From assembly GCA_002269645.1 (NCBI GenBank), contig NIVC01000200.1:558001-622000 (forward strand): DNA of 64,000 nt, given 5' to 3'. Position numbers and translations under genes: made by a program. Below, piece after piece: positions 12,923-64,000 of this stretch (its first letter is position 1; the number at the start of each line of letters is the position of its first letter). The notes beneath the pieces are model-generated. The model was not told the DNA's origin. It did not search any database and saw only the letters and a list, made by a program, of their open reading frames with translations. Source of the DNA: Macrostomum lignano (lineage: Eukaryota).

Positions 12923-13495
12923 GTTATAGATGTAGGCACACTTTCTATTATAAGTATAGCTATAGCTGCATATCGAATCCATATGTATTAATTAACACGC
13001 ACACACATCTTCTATCCAAGCTCAGGCGACGTAGTCGTACATTGCGGCTGTGGGATCGAGAGAAATCGACCCCCGTCCGATGAGATGAGGGCGCGGGGCC
13101 TACTGGGGGGGGGGCAAAGCGAATCATTTCTTGAGTACGGGACTACAGTACACGTGGCTGAGGAGACGAAATACAAGCAGAGAAGGAGAAGGAGAGAAAG
13201 AGGGAACTGGGAGAGAAAGAGCAGAGCTAGCATTACTTCGGGGGGGATTTGGGAAGCTCAGCAGTGTCTCTTCTCCTCCTCGTTTAGGGGATGAGAATTA
13301 GGAGGAGAGTGCGTGTAAGCAAGGCAGGGGGTGAGCGGGTAGTCAGTTGCGGGCCCAGAGCAGCACTGATGCCCACACATACATAATACAGCCTTGCGAG
13401 GACAACCAGTCTTCTGTATGCGTTTATAAAGTGCCTCGACAGTTAGTAACTGCAATATTTCCTGCCTAACAATTATTGTTATTTAATAAATAATT

Positions 13496-53797
<40,302 letters not shown>

Positions 53798-53803
<6 letters not shown>

Positions 53804-54200
53804 CCTCTGCTTGACCTCTGTTTGACCTTGGTGTAAAATCTGCTTGACCTTGATGTGAACTCTACTTGAATTTGGAATGAACTCTTCTTGACCTTGAAGT
53901 GAACTCTGCTTGACCTTGATGTGAACTCTGCTTGACCTTGAAGTGAACTCTGCTTGACCTTGATGTGAACTCTGCTTGACCTTGATGCGAACTCTGCTTA
54001 ACCTTGATGTGAACTCTGCTTGACCTTGATGTGAATCCTGCTTAACCTTGATGTGAACTCTGCTTGACCTTGATGCGAACTCTGCTTAACCTTGATGTGA
54101 ACTCTGCTTGACCTTGATGTGAATCCTGCTTAACCTTGATGTGAACTCTGCTTGAACTTGACTTCGATTTGACATCTGTTTGACCTTGATGTGACCTTGT
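53798..54200. repeat. 22-bp minisatellite (TGATGTGAACTCTGCTTGACCT) beginning at the aGPCR stop codon
   Basis: About 15 copies in the 3' UTR region. Confidence 0.92.
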
Positions 54201-54705
54201 TTGTGCCCTATTTTTTTACCCCCGTGTGTAAGGCAACTAAGCAATGTGAGGTCTATTAGACAGTCTGATCTGGTATGACCTTATAATATTTATGACCTTT
54301 TTTGACAATCGTGGTACACTGCTTACACCAGTTAAGAGGCTCTTCGCCCATATGCTTCAGCATCACTTTAGAAGGCAAACATGGAATATTATTGTCTTAA
54401 TGTTGCTTGATAATCTAGATCAATTTCCTAGACTTTTGTAGACTTTTGTAGTTAAGACATTATTATTTGCTTGTAACAATCGCCCAATCTAGTCATCAAT
54501 CAATATTTAAAAATAAAATGATTTGCACAAACTCTTAAAGTAGCAATGCACCCTGACAGTCACTTGCACATGCCGATCAGAGTCACATTGTAGCAATCGA
54601 ACTTTGCTAGTGCACCTGCAACTTCACTTCCAAAATATAAATCATTTGACGACTAAAGTTCAAAGTGCGGCTTCTGTGAACGTTTTTTTCTACTAAATAT
54701 TTTCA

Positions 54706-55722
54706 GTCAGTCAGTCAGTCAGTCAGTCAGTCAGGCAGGCAGTCAGTCAGTCAGTCAGTCAGTCAGGCAGGCAGTCAGTCAGTCAGTTAGTCAGTCAGTC
54801 AGTCAGGCAGGCAGTCAGTTAGTCAGTCAGTCAGTCAGGCAGGCAGTCAGTCAGTCAGTCAGTCAGTCAGGCAGGCAGTCAGTCAGTCAGTCAGTCAGTC
54901 AGTCAGTCAGTCAGGCAGGCAGGCAGTCAGTCAGTCAGTCAGTCAGGCAGGCAGTCAGTCAGTCAGTCAGTCAGTCAGGCAGGCAGTCAGTCAGTCAGTC
55001 AGTCAGTCAGTCTGCCAGTCAGGCAGTCAGTCAGTCAGTCAGTCAGTCAGTCAGTCTGCCAGTCAGGCAGTCAGTCAGTCAGGCAGTCAGTCAGTCAGGC
55101 AGTCAGTCAGTCAGTCAGGCAGTCAGTCAGTCAGTCAGGCAGTCAGTCAGTCAGTCTGCCAGTCAGGCAGTCAGTCAGTCAGTCAGTCAGTCAGTCAGTC
55201 TGCCAGTCAGGCAGTCAGTCAGTCAGGCAGTCAGTCAGTCAGGCAGTCAGTCAGTCAGTCAGGCAGTCAGTCAGTCAGTCAGGCAGGCAGTCAGTCAGTC
55301 AGGCAGTCAGTCAGTCAGGCAGTCAGTCAGTCAGTCAGGCAGTCAGTCAGTCAGTCAGGCAGTCAGTCAGTCAGTCTGCCAGTCAGGCAGTCAGTCAGTC
55401 AGTCAGTCAGTCAGTCTGCCAGTCAGGCAGTCAGTCAGTCAGGCAGTCAGTCAGTCAGGCAGTCAGTCAGTCAGTCAGGCAGGCAGTCAGTCAGTCAGTC
55501 AGGCAGGCAGTCAGTCAGTCAGGCAGTCAGTCAGTCAGGCAGTCAGTCAGTCAGTCAGGCAGGCAGTCAGTCAGTCAGGCAGTCAGTCAGTCAGTCAGTC
55601 AGGCAGTCAGTCAGTCAGGCAGTCAGTCAGTCAGTCAGCCAGTCAGTCACTCAGTCAGTCAGTCAGGCAGTCAGTCAGTCAGTCAGGCAGGCAGTCAGTC
55701 AGTCAGGCAGTCAGTCAGTCAG
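54706..55722. repeat. (CAGT)n/(CAGG)n compound microsatellite
   Basis: Direct inspection. Confidence 0.97.
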
Positions 55723-56042
55723 TAAAAATGAACCATGAAAGTTAGTGAGTCGGTTAGTTAGCGCATATTTCAGGTCAGAGAAACTTTACTTTGCATGCTC
55801 AGGCTAAGACACAAATATGAATGAAAACAAACCTAAAAACTTTTCCGCATAGCAGACTCGGGAAAAAGTGGAAAAAGCGGTCACTCCTGCAAGAAATGAT
55901 TCTGGAGAAAAAGAAGACCTAACATCTTGTACGCGGCCTTACGGCTGAGCCAATAAAAAGTGGTACATGACTATCCTTAACCCAGTACCTTTAAATCTGC
56001 AGGGAACTCATCTATTACCATCTCTATTGGGTTAGTTGCAGT

Positions 56043-58564
56043 CTACAATCCCGGAACATTATTGTCCAACTGCTGGCCTCTCTTGAACTGCCCAAAGCGC
56101 CTCTGCTCAGCGCGGCTAGCAGTTCTCTTCGGCCCCTGCGGTCGTCGGGCGGTTGTCAAGGCGTTCTCCAGGTCGAAGCGGAGAACCTCATCGTCTGCTC
56201 CTGCTGAACCGCCGCTGAAGCTCTGAGAATGCCGCAGTCGGGTCTGCAGCAGCTGTCCCAAGGCTGTGCCCACGAACTCCGGCTTCACCGTGGCGTTGTC
56301 CTCGTCGATGCGATGCTGACCGACCTCGTCAGATTCAGCAGCCTGCGTCAATGGCGTCGAGTACGCTGACAGGCCACGACAGGGTTCGTCCAGCGGCTGA
56401 CGATGTCCCTGCAGTGAGCTGACCGACAGTCGACGGCGCTGCCGAGGCACAGGAGGAGACTGCGGCGGCGGCAGACAGCGAAGCGTCGAGGCGGCGGCCG
56501 GTGCCGGGCCCCCCATTCGACGCTGTCGGGGCGTCGGTGTCGGGACGGGAGAACGCGGCTGAGTTAGCGGCGGCTGAGGCGGGCGGGAGGCGGATCCGGG
56601 CGGCTGACCGACGGCTGCGTTGCAATTGCGGAGCTTCATCTGCTGGCTACCTGCTGGGGCAGTTCAGCGAACCGTCTCAATAATCATGTACTTTTACCTC
56701 TTTCATGTTCAGAGACATGCTTTATGTTCAGAGACATGCTTCATGTTCACAGACATGCTTCATGTTCAGAGAATATGCTTCATGTTCACAGACATGCTTC
56801 ATGTTCAGAGACATGCTTCATGTTCAGAGACATGCTCCATGTTCAGAGACACGCTTCATGTTCAGAGACATTTTTTTTTAGAGGCAGGGGGGTTGTGTGC
56901 ACCCTGGCGCACTTTTAGGCGACATAGGCACACAACCGGCGAGAGGCATTGCTGCCCATTCCGCCGACTCCCCTGAGCAGGCATACAAGCGCGCGGATAC
57001 GTTACGCAGGCACACACTCACACAGGAGTGTACAGCGGCCCTAACTTTATCAATTGTTAGGCATGTACACTTCACTGCGCCTTGGGGGGTTGGCTCTCAA
57101 GGCCGTTAATTGCACAAGCGAGCCAAGCCGAAATTCCAATTCAGCCCCAAATTAATGTGGCTGCACTTGGAATCGAGCCTGGGTCGCTGGCACACCAGAG
57201 CAGCTGCGCTACCGCTGGGCTACGGCCCCCGTTCAGAGACATGCTTCATGTTCAGAGACATGCTTCATGTTCAGAGACATGCTTCATGTTCAGAGACATG
57301 CTTCATGTTCAGAGACATGCTTCATGTTCAGAGACATGCTTCACGTTCAGAGACATGCTTCATGTTCAGAGACATGCTTCATGTTCAGAGACATGCTTCA
57401 TGTTCAGAGACATGCTTCATGTTCAGAGACATGCTTCATGTTCAGAGACATGCTTCATGTTCAGAGAAATGCTTCAGCATAAACACTGATGCATTGAGGT
57501 TGGTGACAAAAATTACCAGACGGAGCGGGCTGGGCTCTCTGACGGTTCAAGGACGCGGATCGGCGGTCAGTTCGAGGCTTCGGCACGGGCGGCTTGGCAG
57601 TCAGGAACACCGCCGTCTCCGCCTCGGGCTCCGCGGCTGTCTCTTCCTCTGAGAAGTCCGTCAGCAGCAGCTGGTTGCGCATCGTCGGTCGCGGGGTCGC
57701 AGCGGTGGCAGGCTGCGGCAGCTTCTGCTGGCAGCTCGCGGTGTTGCTGGGCGAGTCCAAACTGAAGTGGACGGACTTCCCGCCGGAACCGCCGCCGCCG
57801 CTCCAGGCCTGCAGGAGGTCTTCAGCCAGACCCGCAGTCGAAGCCGCCGAAGTCTTCGGTCCTGGTCTCGGCTGGTGCTGCTGCGGCAGACTCGACCAGC
57901 AGTCGGCAGCCTTGGAGCTGCCGTCACCCAGTTTGCTGTTGGGCCGGCAGTGAAGCTGGATGGCTTGAGCCAGCAGCTGCTCGACCTCCTCGCGAGTGCC
58001 GTAGAAACCGCTGTGCATCAGCATGGAGACGTCCAGCTGCTCGGCCCGCTGCTGCTGCTGCTGCTGCTTCTGGTGCTGCTGCAGGATGGCGGACGCGCTG
58101 ACGTCTTGGAGAGCGGCGCTGCAGCCAGCCGACTGCAGGTGACTTCCGCCACCGCCTCCGAACAGCTGGAGACCCGGCCCGGATGCGGATGTGAGGGCGG
58201 TGCCGCCGCAGGAGAGCGAATTCTGCAGCTGCTGGTGCTGCGGCTCCTCTGCACAGAACAAGTCCTCGTCCGCCATCTGACGAAGCTGAAAATCCAACTT
58301 AGGGTTCTCCATGTCCAGAAGGCACTGCTGCTCCCTTTGAGACTGTTGTTGCTGCTGCTGCACCGACGACTCTCTGAGTCCTGCAGATCCAGCAAATTTA
58401 GCAACTGCAGCTCGACGCTTCAGCAGGTAGCCGCGGTGTCGACTGGCTCCGACTCCGCTGCCGTAGCCCTTCTTTGTTAGGGAAGACACCCGTACCGCAG
58501 TCTTTGTCCTGTCCGCTGCGACTGCGCTGCGAAAGGTGCCGGTATCTGAAGTGCGTTCAACCAT
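56043..58564 (-). CDS. Uncharacterised Gln/Ala/Ser-rich low-complexity protein, ~551 aa, 2 coding exons
   Basis: ATG in a GCCATGG context at 58564. Exons 58564-57517 and 56650-56043 are joined by a phase-1 GT-AG intron (1656 nt total). GC-rich coding-like composition; no recognisable domain. Confidence 0.7.
56700..57478. repeat. 19-bp minisatellite (CATGTTCAGAGACATGCTT), interrupted by a SINE
   Basis: The array continues in register on both sides of 56871-57230. Confidence 0.93.
56871..57230 (-). mobile_element. tRNA-derived SINE, family B, copy 2
   Basis: Homologous to 12570-12922, with a poly-A tail (T9 on the plus strand). Flanked by GTTCAGAGACA on both sides. Confidence 0.85.
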
Positions 58565-58751
58565 GGCTAGCTTTGAGTTTTCAATGACTGCAACTGAGCT
58601 CAATGCAGCTGTATGGACTCAATGTTCAGCTGGTAAAAAGGAAGCCAATTTATGGGAATTCCTGATTAAATATCTATGGTTTTCTAGACTAGTCTAATAT
58701 GCAAAAACTCGGGGCGCTTGTCTCTGCTCACAAAGACTGCAAGGGTCGCAC

Positions 58752-59030
58752 ATCTATGAGACAGTGGTGTCATCTATGAGACAGTGGCGTCCGTCTATGA
58801 GACAGTCAGTCAGTCAGACAGTCAGTCAGTCAGACAATCAGTCACTATGAGACAGTGGCATCCATCTATGAGACAGTGGCGTCCATCTTTGAGACAGTGG
58901 CGTCCGTCTATGAGACAGTGGCGTCCGTCTATGAGACAGTGGCGTCCGTCTATGAGACAGTGGCGTCCATCTATGAGACAGTGGCCTCTATCTATGAGAC
59001 AGTGGCGTCCATCTATGAGACAGGGGCGCC
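58752..59030. repeat. 21-bp minisatellite (TCTATGAGACAGTGGCGTCCA) with an internal (CAGT)n
   Basis: About 10 copies. Confidence 0.92.
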
Positions 59031-59499
59031 CACAAAATACACCAATACCGCTAAAAATTTCTGTCTCCAATTACACCAAACAAAGTGTCTCAATTTAAAT
59101 AAAATTAACTATTAAAAGCATCGCGATATAACAGTTCATGAAAATGTTCAATCCTGAAACAGTTTGCTTTAGTGCTGCTTGTTTTACGAGATACTCGTAT
59201 ATTATAATAAAAATTGAATGCATTCACAACCAAATGTTGAACGGACAAGCAATAAACAGCAAAGCGGTAGCGGTAAGGTAGGAGAATTCAAAAACATTTC
59301 GATGCCTTTTAGGGTGAAGAAAAATGCTTAAATTCTTCTCGATCTTCTACTAAAAGTAGTCGGTCAGTATTTTCTACAGAATAATTGAACTATTAATTTA
59401 ATCATCGAATAAAATTAATTTGAAAATCGTAGCTTCTTCTATCTCTTAATTCTACCTGGTGGAATTAAGCCGGTTTTTGTATCGGGACTCGGGAGGCAA

Positions 59500-60205
59500 A
59501 CCTTGGTGGGGCGTCTCTTTAGTTGGAGCCTCTGTCTCTTTAGTTGGAGCCCGTGTCTCTTTAGTCGGAGCCTCTGTCTCTTGGTGGGCACTCCTGTCTC
59601 TTGGTGGGCACTCCTGTCTCTTGGTGAGCGCCCCTGTCTCTTGGTGGGCGCTCCTGTCTCTTGGTGGGCGCCCCTGTCTCTTGGTGGGCACTCCTGTCTC
59701 TTGGTGGGCGCCCCTGTCTCTTGGTGGGCGCCCCTGTCTCTTGGTGAGCGCCCCTGTCTCTTGGTGGGCACTCCTGTCTCTTGGTGGGCACTCCTGTCTC
59801 TTGGTGGGCGCCCCTGTCTCTTGGTGGGCGCCCCTGTCTCTTGGTGAGCGCCCCTGTCTCTTGGTGGGCGCCCCTGTCTCTTGGTGGGCGCCCCTGTCTC
59901 TTGGTGGGCGCCCCTGTCTCTTGGTGGGCGCTCCTGTCTCTTGGTGAGCGCCCCTGTCTCTTGGTGGGCGCTCCTGTCTCTTGGTGAGCGCCCCTGTCTC
60001 TTGGTGGGCGCCCCTGTCTCTTGGTGGGCGCTCCTGTCTCTTGGTGAGCGCCCCTGTCTCTTGGTGGGCGCCCCTGTCTCTTGGTGGGCGCCCCTGTCTC
60101 GGGGGGTCTCCCTGCCCCTGTCTCTTGGTGGGCGCCCCTGTCTCTTGGTGGGCGCCCCTGTCTCTTGGTGGGCGCCCCTGTCTCGGGGGGTCTCCCTGCC
60201 CCTGG
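59500..60205. repeat. 20-bp minisatellite (CTCTTGGTGGGCGCCCCTGT)
   Basis: About 33 copies with exact 20-bp periodicity. Confidence 0.95.
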
Positions 60206-60894
60206 TTCATAGGCCGGATGGGATGCCTCGTCCAAGAGGTTATCAAAAGTTGAGCTCCTGTGATTCGTCAAGCTTGATTTCCTCTTTGATTTTGTTTTTG
60301 TGGTGGCGATATCGGGGTGGGACGTAAATACCCCTGCGTATGCCACTACATTCGATCAAAATGGTTTCGGTTTGACAATTTTACATGTTTGTTTGGCACG
60401 AGGTAAATGTAGTAAAAGAGATGACGCAGCATGGATTCTGGGCCTTCCTGACTGACCAGACCAAACGCGAATTCATTTCTTTCTTTCTTTCTTTCGTTTT
60501 TTCTTTCTTCCATTCTTGAGCACGCAGCCATAGAATGAAGCACTAAGGACGGCTTCCATTTTGTTAACCTCCAACCCTTTCTCACTCTTCTAGCCTCTCT
60601 CTCTCTCTATCTCTCTCTCTCGTTCTAGGCTCCAACTAGTTGAAGCAATATGACAGCCAGTTGCATTGCTATTGTGCGTCCCGACTCCCTCCCCCCCCTT
60701 GCGAGTGCACACGCGGTCAGTATAGTTGGGGTGGCTGGTTGGAGCCTTTGAAGACAAACAGCTAATAATACTTGTATGTATGCTCTGCTCGGCAGCTGGG
60801 TTAGAGAGCTAAACAGCAAAAACAGAAAAAAAGCAAAATTAAACCGGCTTGAAACTCGGCACGATTGAAACTTCTACAGCAGCATTTGCAAAAG

Positions 60895-61457
60895 ATGCAG
60901 AATCGATTTTCATCAATTATACTCCTACTATTGGCATTGGCATCAACAACTGGAGTGCTAGGCCTCAGCTGCTACATCTGCAACAGTCTGGTTGACAAGA
61001 ACTGCGAAGTGGACCCATCGGCTGACTACAAGGTGAATTGTTCAGTCGGCAGAACCGTTGGGCCGGACAGAATTGCGGTGCCCAATGCTCAAGTCTGCTG
61101 GAAGCAGTCGCAGGACAGTGAGTTATTAATATGTGTTAATTAATCCCTATTTTATATAATACGTGCATACGTGATGTAAATTACAGTAGTAGTATAGTTA
61201 GAATATTTCGCATTTATTTAAACTATTGTTTCATTCCAGTCGAAGGCCTGACTATCGTTGACCGAACCTGCGGATCTGCGGTTGAGAACAAAAATAACTG
61301 CTACGATCGGGTTGGCACTAAGAAGATCAAGATCAAGTACTGCTCATGCAGTACGCAGGATTGCAACTCGGCCAACAACGGATTCGACAGCTCGGCTCGG
61401 CTGATGACAGCGGCCGTTGCTGCTGTCGCTGTTGTTTTCAAATTTTCTAGCTTATAA
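60895..61457 (+). CDS. GPI-anchored Ly6/three-finger protein (quiver/sleepless-like), 146 aa, 2 exons
   Basis: Exons 60895-61117 and 61240-61457 (phase 1). Signal peptide, CYIC..C..C..CWK..RTCG..C..YCSC..CN and a hydrophobic C-terminal GPI signal. Confidence 0.88.
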
Positions 61458-62795
61458 TAACAATATGTTAACAAGTTACTTGACTAATTTACATGTAGCA
61501 TCTGACAGAGGGTAGCGATTAGTGTGCATCCATCTATTATAATTATCCGAAATCATTACCTACACGCTTAGATTCATCTCGATAAAATATTATTTTGACG
61601 AAGTAGTTACTAAGATTTAGGCAAAAATAACAGAATAATGTACGTTCACTGAACCTGCAGAGTACGACCCCATAGCTCTCTTGCCTTCCATACTAACATC
61701 AAAATCAATAAATACACGACTTATTTGTCTCAAAGCTGAATAACATTAATAAATGGTTGAAAAAGCGATTTGCGTTCGTCTAACTTAACGTTAATTTTGT
61801 TTAAATGAAGATTTTCCAATTTAGAAGCAGAATGAGATAGACACTCGAGTTTCTCCACAGAATTTGTCTATGGCGAAACCCCATTGAGTGCTATGCGATC
61901 TCTTAAATCGTATGTATATTATAGCTCGAAGCGTCCTTCACTGCAGTTATCCATGGTTAAAAAAAGTTAGGATAGAGCTAGATTAAGTAATGCAGTCAGG
62001 AAAAATAAGCAGCCTAATAAAGTTAATCGGCGTAATTATATCGTGAAGTTAACGTGCTGGAATAAGAAAATTTAAACACACGGATAAGTGCAGACTCGAT
62101 CTAATCTTTTAGCAATAAGCAAGTGCGAATAGGTTCGAAAACGATCGCTGTTAAGGAAATAAGCACAGACAGGATGCTGGAGTGACAGAATGCTGGCGGA
62201 GCAGTCTGTAGGCTCTGATAATCCAGAAGTTTCGCTGTCATATTTGATGTAACTAGCTGGTATCGTCCAGAGTTAGGACAGCAAGTCTCCGCCGGTGGGT
62301 CGATCGTCGGCACGGTCCCGGGAGTAGAGTAGAGTCGCGAGCGGTGCATTGTAGCTAGCTAGCTTGCGTAAGAACCAAAGCAGGAGTGCAGGGACCCAGA
62401 TGGCTGAAGACTTTGAATTCAAAATGTCAACAGTTTATAAACATGTAGAATCCCAAAGTCGGTCACGTGACGCACTCCAAGGTCGTTGCCATGACACCTC
62501 TCTTCGATTGGACACCGGTGCCTTAGCGTCACTGTACTGTAACTAAAAAAAGAAATATCTCGAGAGGATCGCGTGCAAAAGTAAGGAAAATTGAGGAAGA
62601 ATATGGGGATTGGTTGCCCAGACAATGTAGGCTCCGTTCCAATTAAAATAGGAATGAAGCTCTACGGTCTCCAGAAGGTGCAGATGAAAATATTCAATCA
62701 ATTTTTATTTAATTTTTTTTGTCAGAAGCAAACCCTTAATTCCTGTACTGTGTCCTCATGATTCTTGATCTGCACATGAAGAAAAGTCTGCACAT

Positions 62796-64000
62796 TCACC
62801 CTGCAGTGGAAACCTTTCTAAACGTGTGCCGCAGACAATTTGGCACGCAGGCACAATCGGCGTCTTCACTGCTAATACTGCAGTTGCAGTTGTTGTTTCC
62901 GTTGTTATTATTCGGCTTGCAATTCGAGCAGAGTCGAGACAGGGTGCGCCGCATTATCACCAATGGGCGATGCTTCTTGAAGACTTTGAAGAACCGACTT
63001 CGAACCAGCGCTGTCTGACTTGGCCAATAAAAGTTTAAAATGGTCTGACGAAATTCGAAATTCTTCTGCAGCAAGTCTATCTGTTGGGTCAGTAGAGCTA
63101 CGCCAAAGTTTAACACAAAGACTGCTACTAGAAGAAACGTGCCCACTAGAGGCAGCAACGAGATGTAGTCGCTCACGCCAGGAAAGCTGGCGAGGCTGAA
63201 TGCGCAGCGAAACGTACGGCCAATGTACTCCACGACGCAAGCCCACGAGTAAAACGAGCATTCGATGAAAGGTTGGCTAAAAATCATTGTAACGCAAACC
63301 ATTGACACCGGGAGCATTACGATAATCGTTACCTTTATTGTTGCGCTCATGCAGAAGGCAAGCTTGAAAAACACCTGATGAAATGAACTCATTTCGCACA
63401 TGAAGAAGTACAGCATGAGAAACGAAAACAAGATGTTGCACACAATGATGGTCTGCAGACGAGTTGGATCCACAATCAGACGACCGTCGAGTTCAAAGTA
63501 GCTCGCAGGATCGTTAAAAAAGCTCTGCTCCAAGACAATTGACAAAATCTGTTGGAAAAGGAAAACAATCAAAGACAGTTCTGTTAACCTTATCCCTCTC
63601 ATTGCCAGAGCATCTTTACACAATTGCAGTCCAGTGTGACGCTTGCGCACCAACTTAAGCTGGCTTCGAAAGTCCGTCACTCTGGTAACTATCCAACAGG
63701 GTAGGAATAGTAAAAACCATGCCTGAAGAACAATTCGCAGGTACAAGACGGGCCTGAACCCGGATACGACAGAGGCTGGAATGAGCTGAAGATAAGACTG
63801 ATTGGAATTGTCTGTACCAGCAAGGAACACCTGCACATTGGAGTCGAACGTGTCCCTCGTGAATATCCGAACCATAAGTGTCAACAGCTCTGTCGTGTAC
63901 AGAAACAAATAATAGAACAGTGTCACTAAAGACATTGCTTGACTCTTTTTCAGGTGCACAATGCTGGTGAAGTAGGCCTGTGTTGCCGGACTATTGTAAA
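62796..64000 (-). CDS. Divergent TRP-like six-TM cation channel, 3' portion (5' end lies beyond the window)
   Basis: The frame is open to the window edge. About 6 hydrophobic segments, a pore-like loop, S6-like VFVLNFGVALL followed by an amphipathic TQQIDLLQKN..YW.SQ helix. The family call rests on topology and weak motifs only. Confidence 0.55.
   Translation of the reverse strand, partial: YNSPATQAYFTSIVHLKKSQAMSLVTLFYYLFLYTTELLTLMVRIFTRDTFDSNVQVFLAGTDNSNQSYLQLIPASVVSGFRPVLYLRIVLQAWFLLFLPCWIVTRVTDFRSQLKLVRKRHTGLQLCKDALAMRGIRLTELSLIVFLFQQILSIVLEQSFFNDPASYFELDGRLIVDPTRLQTIIVCNILFSFLMLYFFMCEMSSFHQVFFKLAFCMSATIKVTIIVMLPVSMVCVTMIFSQPFIECSFYSWACVVEYIGRTFRCAFSLASFPGVSDYISLLPLVGTFLLVAVFVLNFGVALLTQQIDLLQKNFEFRQTILNFYWPSQTALVRSRFFKVFKKHRPLVIMRRTLSRLCSNCKPNNNNGNNNCNCSISSEDADCACVPNCLRHTFRKVSTAG

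Noticed and set aside
59439-60346. PTKRQG/RDRGAHQETG repeat ORFs as a repetitive protein exon
   Set aside because: All frames are open only because of the 20-bp unit. The unique flanks give no consistent frame or convincing exon, although a donor-like CAG|GTAGAA at ~59455 leaves a UTR exon possible.
62101-62349. 82-aa minus-strand ORF between the Ly6 and TRP-like genes
   Set aside because: No recognisable motif or splice context; cannot be supported without expression data.

Overview
Animal genomic DNA with spliceosomal GT-AG introns, GC-rich exons and very dense tandem repeats. It is most likely a free-living flatworm of the Macrostomum lignano type; this is inferred from TTAGGG tracts, the repeat landscape and a match to the Macrostomum spliced leader as I recall it. 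Genes reconstructed by hand from splice sites and reading phase: a 4-exon DEG/ENaC channel (minus), a 2-exon PYM1/wibg, a ~40-kb, ~24-exon adhesion GPCR (signal peptide-EGF-pentraxin/LamG-HRM-GAIN/GPS-7TM), an intronless cation-type Cys-loop channel nested in intron 4 of that GPCR, a 2-exon Gln-rich orphan (minus), a 2-exon GPI-anchored Ly6/quiver-like protein, and the 3' part of a divergent TRP-like channel running off the window end. Mobile DNA: a young but disabled BEL/Pao LTR retrotransposon, a 2.4-kb non-autonomous Gypsy-type element encoding only Gag-protease plus an integrase remnant, non-autonomous Helitron pieces, two tRNA-derived SINE families (one with a CORE domain) and more than 20 distinct mini/microsatellite arrays. 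The most striking observation is that both BEL/Pao LTRs carry, in sense orientation just upstream of the PBS, a near full-length copy of the host trans-spliced leader exon. Most long ORFs in the supplied track that lie in tandem arrays are artefacts.
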